Virus record (IMG/VR): IMGVR_UViG_3300038429_000225
Coordinates: 1-64,000 of that record
DNA length: 64,000 nucleotides
Source of the DNA: a virus
Direction: 5' to 3' (one strand)
Part shown: positions 1 through 7,088 of the stretch, piece by piece
How positions within the stretch are numbered: position 1 is the first letter of the stretch
How the letters are laid out: each line of letters opens with the position of its first letter
Made by a program: the position numbers and the translations under genes
Notes under the pieces: model-generated
What the model was told of the DNA's origin: nothing
Databases searched by the model: none
Seen by the model: the letters and a program-made list of their open reading frames with translations, nothing else

Positions 1-116
1 TCGCCGATAGTGGCAGCATTCACGCGATAGCTTGTTCCCCCACGATTAACGAGAAGTTGATCCGCAGCTTGTGCGGGACTACCGTCTGTAAGTTGACTGA
101 TTTTTTCGTTTGCCAT
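1..116 (-). CDS. Partial virion/tail-fibre-like protein (N-terminus only; runs off the window)
   Basis: ATG at 116 overlaps the stop of the upstream ORF. It reads MANEKISQLTDGSPAQAADQLLVNRGG, a KISQL-type N-terminus common in tail fibres. Confidence 0.5.
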   Translation of the reverse strand, partial: MANEKISQLTDGSPAQAADQLLVNRGGTSYRVNAATIG

Positions 117-592
117 TAAAACACCTCTAGCCGCTTTTGCTGACGGGCCTTTTGAGACGCACACATCTTGCGGCGTGTCTCTTCAGAATGTTTACAACCT
201 ATCTTAGAATTGCTCATCTTCTTGCGATGCTCCACCGTAAAAGGAGGAAGTTTTCTACCTATTTTGGCGGCACTTATCTTCTTACGAATTTCATCTGGAA
301 ACTCTGGATGATGACCGCCTTGTTTTATGTTGTAGCCGTTAGGTGCCAAAGTTCCTTGCTTCTCAATCTGTTCTATCTCTATCTGGTCCAAATCTGGAAG
401 ATTGTCAACCTCGGCAAGAACAGATATCTCAAAAGCATCTTCCCCGTATTTACGAATGGCTTTATGAATGAGGTAGTCACTGCCTGTTTGTGCATCCGCA
501 CAATGCTTCTGCCAGCGTCGTTTCAAAGTTTGTGTAGTTTGTCCGACGTAACCTTTTTGGGAAGCCGAACAATAAATGAGATATACGAGCAT
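116..592 (-). CDS. GIY-YIG homing endonuclease with NUMOD3 repeats
   Basis: LVYLI...YVGQT...RWQKH...E...GYN catalytic pattern, followed by HSEETRRKM-type NUMOD3 motifs. Confidence 0.9.
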   Translation of the reverse strand: MLVYLIYCSASQKGYVGQTTQTLKRRWQKHCADAQTGSDYLIHKAIRKYGEDAFEISVLAEVDNLPDLDQIEIEQIEKQGTLAPNGYNIKQGGHHPEFPDEIRKKISAAKIGRKLPPFTVEHRKKMSNSKIGCKHSEETRRKMCASQKARQQKRLEVF

Positions 593-648
593 TTACACCT
601 CAAGCGCAGCTAGGGGAGCCGCCGTTTTGTAAACGAGGCTGCTATTCA

Positions 649-1719
649 TTAGTAGCCTCCGGGATAAAATGGGTTCGCCGGCCCGAGATACGTGCTTCCA
701 GGAGACGGCATGATCGCGTCTGTCGGGTAAATCCCCGCATTATCGCGCTCGCGATCTTGAGACGTAACCAAAACAGAAAGAGACTGCATCCACAAGGCTT
801 GCTGATCTTGGAACTTCGCGCGCACCTTCGGGTCCTTAGAATGCATGAAGGAATAGGCGATGAAGCCGCGGCGGAAGTAGGCTGCGAAATCGTCCGGGAC
901 CGGATCGATTAATTGAGACAAGGCGATGAACTGTGGGGCTCGGGCTTGCCCAAATACGCGGGCTTGCCAGACCTTGCCTTGCTGTGAGGGGATAGGATTG
1001 AGGCGCAGGCCCTGGCCCTTGGGGTTTACGGCCGTCCAGATGCCTGTGCCGTCTGCGATCGTGGTGGCCGCGACGGTGGGGTTGGTAAGAGTGGGATATT
1101 GGACTGTAGCAGGCCAAGATGGCTGCGTGAGCCCTAGGGTACAACCGGCCGTCAGCGCGTTCGTCAGGACCCAGTAATTGCCATACGTTTGGTCCTGGAT
1201 TTGAAGGAAGGGATTCGCAGGCTGGGCCGTGGCGCCAAGCAGGGCCCCGTAGACGCTCCCGGGGCCTGGGTTGCAGGCTCTGCTCTCTCCCAGGGTGTTT
1301 CCGCCGCCCCAGGTGCCGTAGACGAGCTGGTCGTTGGGCAGCCAATTGACCTGACCCGGCCGGCCGTATTGGACGTTGGTTTCGGGCAGATCTCGGTTCG
1401 TTTCAAGAGTGTATTTGTCCTTGGGGGACGACGTCGAGTTGACGTCCATCAACACGCCATACTCCAACCAGGAAAGGTTGAGCAGCGCCGGGGAGGCGAA
1501 GGCGTAGTCCTGTTGCCAGGAGTTGGTATAGAAATAGGGGAGGCGAATGCGATTCCACTTCGGGGCGAACGGGCGGGAAAGCATTGCGATCATAACGTCA
1601 TTCGCAATCGTTAGGGCCGGTTCCTGGCTGAAGCCACCAGTAGAAAGTACGGGGTTAAGATCTGGGTACGTCCTCGCAAAATCCACGATACTTTGGAGCT
1701 TGGTTGTACTATTGCCCAC
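649..1719 (-). CDS. Virion structural protein, probably head-tail adaptor/tail tubular type
   Basis: 356-aa ORF downstream of the capsid gene. It has a helical N-terminus (LQSIVDFAR), a P..F......G..A C-terminus and a T/P-rich insert. The function is inferred from context. Confidence 0.45.
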   Translation of the reverse strand: MGNSTTKLQSIVDFARTYPDLNPVLSTGGFSQEPALTIANDVMIAMLSRPFAPKWNRIRLPYFYTNSWQQDYAFASPALLNLSWLEYGVLMDVNSTSSPKDKYTLETNRDLPETNVQYGRPGQVNWLPNDQLVYGTWGGGNTLGESRACNPGPGSVYGALLGATAQPANPFLQIQDQTYGNYWVLTNALTAGCTLGLTQPSWPATVQYPTLTNPTVAATTIADGTGIWTAVNPKGQGLRLNPIPSQQGKVWQARVFGQARAPQFIALSQLIDPVPDDFAAYFRRGFIAYSFMHSKDPKVRAKFQDQQALWMQSLSVLVTSQDRERDNAGIYPTDAIMPSPGSTYLGPANPFYPGGY

Positions 1720-2200
1720 GATATTTCTCCACGTATTCAGCGCCTTCCCTCATCAGGGTGGGGTTATCTTTGAAAAACCCTAAAGCTGAATTACATAATC
1801 GACACAAAAGTTTTCTAACTGTATTCGTAGAATGGTCGTGATCTATGAACTCAGCCCTACCATCACACGATGGGATTGCACACTTTCCTTTTTGTGCGTC
1901 ATACATTTCTTTATATTCTTCTGGAGTTAGTCCGTATCTTTCCCTCAGAAGATAGTCTCTCATGATTTCTTTTCTTCGATCTTTGTTCTTTCGACCCCAA
2001 GCAACAGATCGATCAATATCTTTTTGATTTGCTTTTCTTAATGGACGCTCTTGCGTACGTTCTTTTGCACACGGTTTACACAAACTACTATATCCACCCC
2101 CACGATAACCCTTATGTTTCGTGAAGTTCTCAAATGTCTTCCACGACTTACACCTTGGGCACCACTTCTCTGTGTCCGTAAACTTTCTTGGTCTTCCCAT
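1709..2200 (-). CDS. Endonuclease VII-type (HNH) homing endonuclease
   Basis: YGLTPEEYKEM...QKGKCAI...IDHDHST..VRKLLC..CN.ALG motif. Start placed at 2200, 7 nt after AGGAG. Confidence 0.9.
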   Translation of the reverse strand: MGRPRKFTDTEKWCPRCKSWKTFENFTKHKGYRGGGYSSLCKPCAKERTQERPLRKANQKDIDRSVAWGRKNKDRRKEIMRDYLLRERYGLTPEEYKEMYDAQKGKCAIPSCDGRAEFIDHDHSTNTVRKLLCRLCNSALGFFKDNPTLMREGAEYVEKYRGQ

Positions 2201-2288
2201 TTTCATTCTCCTGTTAAGAACGATCGGGGGAGAGTAACAGGCTCTCCCACGATCTAGCCCCCGGTAGCGAGCCGAGAGCTGAATTGAT

Positions 2289-2954
2289 TTATTGCTGGTC
2301 GCCGTACTCGTGACCATCCCACTCATACTGATCCTTCGGACGTTCTCTGTGTTCGATCTCCGAACGGATTTGTATGGCCTTGGGGTATCTCACAAGTCCC
2401 GGTGACGGGCAGCCCGTGCTGGCGCTGTTCTTCGTCGGACGCGTCATGGCCCAACGATAATCTGGATCCTTGGGGAAGTACGTCTTGCCGCACCGCTGAC
2501 ACAGACGGAAGGTGACTCCCGTCGTGAGTGTATGCTGCATAAAGGCGTAGTTCGAGGTATCGTTGCCTTGTGCGGGACCACCGTTCATCATGGTATCGCT
2601 GGCACCGCCCTTCATGTGGGTGCAATAGGTCTCGTTGACGATTCTGCTTTCGCGATCAAACGCTAAAGACTCCTGCACGGTTTCACGAGAGACGCGCTCT
2701 TCCTCTTGCTTGCGGCGAATGTCCATGACATCCTTGCGCAATTTCTCGAGTTCGAGCTTCTCTTTTTCCAACCGAAGTTTCTCGGTTTCCAACCTGATGA
2801 GAGTCATTTCGGAATCCAATTCCGCTTGGCTCTTGAGCCGAGTTGACGGTGCAACCAGTTCCTCGATCGGACGGGATTCGGGAATCTCCCCGAGCCCGCC
2901 GTCGTTGGACTTTGGCTTCACCAAAGGTTCGACTTTCTTGAATTCACTCATTGT
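2289..2954 (-). CDS. Hypothetical protein with coiled coil and CxH...CxxC zinc motif
   Basis: Heptad-rich LEKEKLELEKLRK segment, CTHMKGG and CQRCGK. AAGGAG lies upstream. Confidence 0.6.
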   Translation of the reverse strand, partial: TMSEFKKVEPLVKPKSNDGGLGEIPESRPIEELVAPSTRLKSQAELDSEMTLIRLETEKLRLEKEKLELEKLRKDVMDIRRKQEEERVSRETVQESLAFDRESRIVNETYCTHMKGGASDTMMNGGPAQGNDTSNYAFMQHTLTTGVTFRLCQRCGKTYFPKDPDYRWAMTRPTKNSASTGCPSPGLVRYPKAIQIRSEIEHRERPKDQYEWDGHEYGDQQ

Positions 2955-3057
2955 AATGCTCCTTAACACGTCACGCGGACGTGTTGGTGACGTTGCGCTC
3001 GTCCTGTTGTAACAGGTCGAGTCGGCGTCTAATGTCCTGGTTTAAGAGGACAAACTT

Positions 3058-3390
3058 TTACTTCACAAACTTGATTTTGCCACCATCGATCTCATAGTGG
3101 CCCACGCCGCAATCGCCCTGGCAGGATGCCGTGGGGTATGCTTCCGTGGGCTGGTTCTCGTACGCATGGCCCTTGGACGGAATCACCTTCTCGCCCTTCT
3201 CCATTTCGTACAGACCGGTTTCTTGGATCGTTCCGCCTTCGTGCATCTTGCCCTTAACCCTCTTGAGCTTCGGGTTCGCGCGCTTGGCGGCTGGACTGGC
3301 TTTGCGTGAGGCATTCGCTAAGATGGCGCCTGCGCTAGCCATGCTGTGACCTTGGCCTGCAATTTTCTTTTGAACTGATTTGAAACTCAT
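3058..3390 (-). CDS. Small basic protein with MHxGG...GExVxP motif
   Basis: ORF track. The N-terminus FKSVQKKIA...AGAILA is typical of small phage virion-region proteins. Confidence 0.6.
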   Translation of the reverse strand: MSFKSVQKKIAGQGHSMASAGAILANASRKASPAAKRANPKLKRVKGKMHEGGTIQETGLYEMEKGEKVIPSKGHAYENQPTEAYPTASCQGDCGVGHYEIDGGKIKFVK

Positions 3391-3393
3391 GGC

Positions 3394-4116
3394 TTATTCC
3401 CTCTCTTGACCTTCCATCTCTTTCCTGTTACGCCAGAAAAATAATTGTTCTCTGTAACGACAAGAAGCCTGCCCTATTGCTTCTCCGAAAACTTCTAGCG
3501 CTTGTTGTTCGGTAACGTGTCCACTCTGAATAAGTCTCAAAAGAACGGTTCTCCAACCACGCTGCTTCTCATTGAGGGGAAGACCTGTCCGTGGGTCGAT
3601 ATGAAGCACCGAATACTCCCACATATAGGGAACTTGACACGCACACACATACTGCCAATCCACACGTTCTATTACGCCTGTTTCTTGGTTGAGAACATCT
3701 TGGGGATGATAAACCGCAAGACCTGTCAGTCCTTTTCGAACATTGGCAGACAAATACGCCGGTCGAATCTTCTCAAGCATCCGAAGAAACTCAAGACAAT
3801 GTAATACCCGGCCTTTCTTGCCTTCCTCCGTCGTGAGCTCATCTTGACGGTAAAACTTGTAGTCCTTAACGGAATTGCGCGTCAGTTCTTTCTGCCGGCA
3901 GAGTTCTTCGACGTTCTGACCCGAAGTTTTTCCGTGATGCTTCTGGGAATACTCCGCGATCTCAGCCTGGAGCTCCGGAGAGCAACCGGCCAGGGGATCG
4001 CGTTGATACGTCTCCCAGGGCGCCCGCGTGTCTGCGGACGTGCCCATGAGGCGACGCATGATGTGCTCAGGGATATTGTCCGGGAGCGTTCTACGAACGA
4101 TTGTTGCTTGTGCCAT
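3394..4116 (-). CDS. Hypothetical phage protein
   Basis: 240-aa ORF with a GGAG RBS, collinear with the operon. Confidence 0.6.
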   Translation of the reverse strand: MAQATIVRRTLPDNIPEHIMRRLMGTSADTRAPWETYQRDPLAGCSPELQAEIAEYSQKHHGKTSGQNVEELCRQKELTRNSVKDYKFYRQDELTTEEGKKGRVLHCLEFLRMLEKIRPAYLSANVRKGLTGLAVYHPQDVLNQETGVIERVDWQYVCACQVPYMWEYSVLHIDPRTGLPLNEKQRGWRTVLLRLIQSGHVTEQQALEVFGEAIGQASCRYREQLFFWRNRKEMEGQERE

Positions 4117-4143
4117 GGGTTTTCCTCCAAAGGCTTCAAAGGT

Positions 4144-4777
4144 TTATATACGTAGCAAACGAATATGCAAGTTGTAAAGCATCGGCGTTACGCCAGTGCT
4201 TGAGTAGCCAAAGCTAACCGTAATTGGTGTTCCGGGTGCGGCATACATCGTAAATAAGCCTGAAGCAACGGCTGACGTTAAGTCATTGTGATTAACGTTG
4301 CCGTTCAAAACGCCGGGTATTGATGAAACGACGTGACCGTCTCCAGCCAAGAAGCTGTAGGTGATGCCACTGGTGCCGCCAAGCATAGAGCCCGAACTCG
4401 CGGCTTGCACAACCTTGGCTTCAAAAAAAAGCTGCGTAAAATTCACCCGCTCCTGATGGGTCTGTCGCAACTGGGGTATACAAAGCCTGGTTGGAAATTG
4501 CTGCACCTTGATTGAGAGCATCGAACGACGCTATCTGAGAAGGTACACCGGAATTCTTCAGAGGTAGTCCGTTATACTCAGTAAACTTACCGTCACTGTT
4601 GAGAATGAATCCAGGCGCGACTATGCCCCCGACATTAGCGTTACCAAAATTCACGGTTCCGTTGCTATCCATCCAAACGATAGGCACGCCGTTCTTGTCT
4701 AGAACCTGAATGCAGTCAACACTCGGATCCTCGCCTATGATGTAAATACGAGATTGTCCTGCTGGAGTTGCGCTCAT
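4144..4777 (-). CDS. Beta-rich structural-like protein split by a frameshift at a T8 run (fused length 210 aa)
   Basis: ORF 4421..4777 ends GCT TTT TTT TGA. Skipping one T continues as FFEAKVVQAASSG... in the frame of ORF 4144..4521. Confidence 0.6.
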
Positions 4778-4780
4778 GTC

Positions 4781-5095
4781 TTACTCCTGTTTAATGTAGA
4801 TTAATAGGGTGCCGCTCGACATCTGCGTGACCTGGACGTCTTCCACCAGCATGTCCACGACTGTAGTCTGGGGCAGTCCGATCGAGGCTGTGACGCACGC
4901 GCCGGTGGCCAACACAACGCCGTGACCGTCGGTGACCGTATAGGTGTCGCCGTTGGTGGTAGGACCAACCCACACAACCCTCTTTACCCGGAAGCGATTG
5001 TTGTCGCTGACCGGGAAGTACTTCGCACCGCTATAAGACTTCAATGAAACATCCGCTGACGTGAACTCCAGAGGATTGTTATTGTAATTCGACAT
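4781..5095 (-). CDS. Small beta-strand virion-region protein
   Basis: 104-aa ORF with a GAGGA RBS. Confidence 0.55.
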   Translation of the reverse strand: MSNYNNNPLEFTSADVSLKSYSGAKYFPVSDNNRFRVKRVVWVGPTTNGDTYTVTDGHGVVLATGACVTASIGLPQTTVVDMLVEDVQVTQMSSGTLLIYIKQE

Positions 5096-5202
5096 GTTAT
5101 TGTCCTCGACGTCTTGGGACGTCTAAAAATCTATTCGGGGTTATGACTCCAGCCCATCATCAATGCCGTACAGATACCAGTAGTCGCAAGCAATGCATTG
5201 AC

Positions 5203-5571
5203 TCATCGAATTTCCCATCCTGTACCTAGAATGAAATTTTTCAATACGACTTGTGTCAGAAGCCAGAACGCTGGAGCAAAGATAAACGCACTTACAATGA
5301 TCTCAGCCAATCGTGGTGACATAGGCCTAATGACTTCGTACAACCCCCACGAGGCTAACGCGGTAATTGCCAAAGCGATTCCTTTTATACCGAGACCATG
5401 GGAGAGAAGGAAGTGGTGCTGGAAGTCCCTCATGAAAAAGTTCATTTCTTCTACTGTAGTTACTCGGCTGCACAAGGTTGACGAAATGATGTCCAGCGTA
5501 TCTGCCGCCAAACAGAAAATCGCAGCGCAAGAAATTGGACGATGCGCCTTTATGTGATCCCATAGGCTCAC
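5203..5571 (-). CDS. Membrane protein (DUF5658-like)
   Basis: Three hydrophobic segments and a D..S......E.N.F motif. Confidence 0.5.
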   Translation of the reverse strand: MSLWDHIKAHRPISCAAIFCLAADTLDIISSTLCSRVTTVEEMNFFMRDFQHHFLLSHGLGIKGIALAITALASWGLYEVIRPMSPRLAEIIVSAFIFAPAFWLLTQVVLKNFILGTGWEIR

Positions 5572-5573
5572 GA

Positions 5574-6341
5574 TTAATTCTGGTCTCCGCCAAATGAATC
5601 AGAAGCTTTGGATTTCTTGTATGTGCCAGCCTTCACGGCGGCTTCAAAAACCTTGAACTTGTCCACAGGTATGCAGATTGCGCCGATCGTTGTGTTTGTT
5701 GATCCGACTAAGAAGCCAACGATGGCGTGCTGATCTTCTGATACGATCGCGCTTCCAGAACTTCCACCAGCCGCCCCAACCTCAATCAGCATCACGTCCG
5801 TCCAAGTACCCGCGCCAGTATCCAAGGGAGGACGGTCAAGCTTTGCTTCGGAAACATATCCTTCGAAGTACTGCTTACCAAGTCCGAACGGAGACGCTAC
5901 GTTGATTACGCGGTCGCCTACCCGAAGAGTCTTGCTTGTGCCAAGCGGCGTAACGAAAAATACTTTCTGGGTCTTCACTTCGAAAATAGCGAAGTCATCG
6001 CCGACTGTCTTGTCTCCAGCCTCAACCAAAGTCGCATTTAGGAAAGTTTTATCACCGAGTTCATCGATGGTGATGTAATACTTTTGTGCTTTCTGCTCTT
6101 TGTCAGTCTTGCCTTCGACACAATGGGCTGCGCTCACAAAACGATACCCAGTCTTATCAGCAAGCTGTTCGTACGCAGTGGCGGTACAACGCATCTTCAT
6201 GCCGCCTGCTTCGTCTTGCCCATACAGAAGCGCCACAGAGTCATAAACGTTCTGGACGAACTGTTGGTGTGCAGTAGACGTCTGGGCTTGAGCGGATAAA
6301 GATAATACAAGGAGCGATACAAGTACTAGAAGAAATTTCAT
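5574..6341 (-). CDS. Secreted trypsin-like (S1) serine protease
   Basis: Signal peptide MKFLLVLVSLLVLSLSAQA and triad motifs SAAHC, DFAI, GGSSGS. Confidence 0.85.
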   Translation of the reverse strand: MKFLLVLVSLLVLSLSAQAQTSTAHQQFVQNVYDSVALLYGQDEAGGMKMRCTATAYEQLADKTGYRFVSAAHCVEGKTDKEQKAQKYYITIDELGDKTFLNATLVEAGDKTVGDDFAIFEVKTQKVFFVTPLGTSKTLRVGDRVINVASPFGLGKQYFEGYVSEAKLDRPPLDTGAGTWTDVMLIEVGAAGGSSGSAIVSEDQHAIVGFLVGSTNTTIGAICIPVDKFKVFEAAVKAGTYKKSKASDSFGGDQN

Positions 6342-6435
6342 AAATCCCCTTTTCCGATAAATTTTACTGCCTACCGAATACCCCAAACTATTTGGGGGAT
6401 TGGGTAGACAGAGGGGCGAAGGGCGCCCCTCCATC

Positions 6436-6993
6436 CTATTTAACTGAATCAAAATGACTAACTACGGAACGGCAGGCGGCGACGAAGTCTTCGACGGACA
6501 TCTCCAACTTCATAAAATTACACCGCTTGCAACACGAAACGCAATTGTCGGTTGTGTAGCCAACTGAACTGTCTTTTCTATCTACACCGTTGTAGACATA
6601 AGGGCCGTTGTCTCTCTTGCCTTGCTTCAATTGTGACGGTTCGGCTCCGCAATAAAAACACAACCTTTTCGTAAGTACGAAAAATTCTTCTTTCGTCAAA
6701 TCAAACGAAACGCCCCTATCTTTCGCTTCATAGCGGTAAGAATGGAACAATCTTGTTTTTGACGATTCTCCAGAAGGAAGAAGGTTTAAGTTTCTTGCTG
6801 ATTCTTTCTGCAAACACCCACAACTTTGTGTATCTCCGTTTCTCAACCGCCAAGTCGTAACTTCGGCTTCATTTCCACAATCACAGACACACTTCCACAG
6901 TCTGCTTCCTCCACGATTTTTACCACTAATCTCTTTGACTTCTAGTCTTCCAAATTTTTTACCTAGAAGATTTATAGTTTTAATTGCGTACAT
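6436..6993 (-). CDS. HNH homing endonuclease (FGRL/WxCxCxCG N-terminus)
   Basis: GKKFGRL...WKCVCDCG...SCGC and CFYCG...NGVDRKDS..GY..DNCVSCC..CN.MK. Start at 6993 after GGAGGA. Confidence 0.9.
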   Translation of the reverse strand: MYAIKTINLLGKKFGRLEVKEISGKNRGGSRLWKCVCDCGNEAEVTTWRLRNGDTQSCGCLQKESARNLNLLPSGESSKTRLFHSYRYEAKDRGVSFDLTKEEFFVLTKRLCFYCGAEPSQLKQGKRDNGPYVYNGVDRKDSSVGYTTDNCVSCCKRCNFMKLEMSVEDFVAACRSVVSHFDSVK

Positions 6994-7053
6994 TGGTTCC
7001 TCCGACAAGGAATCGGAAAGGGGCTGGTGTCGGCCAGCCCCAAGCCTATCGAT

Positions 7054-7082
7054 ATTATACTCCGTCGATTTCCGGAAGTTAA
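7054..7082 (-). promoter_or_regulatory. Putative sigma70 promoter for the HNH gene
   Basis: TTAACT-17 nt-TATAAT on the minus strand, just after the capsid stop codon. Confidence 0.5.
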
Positions 7083-7088
7083 TTGTTT

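Noticed and set aside
5141-5206. 21-codon coupled ORF MSQCIACDYWYLYGIDDGLES
   Set aside because: Too short to support without conservation or expression data.
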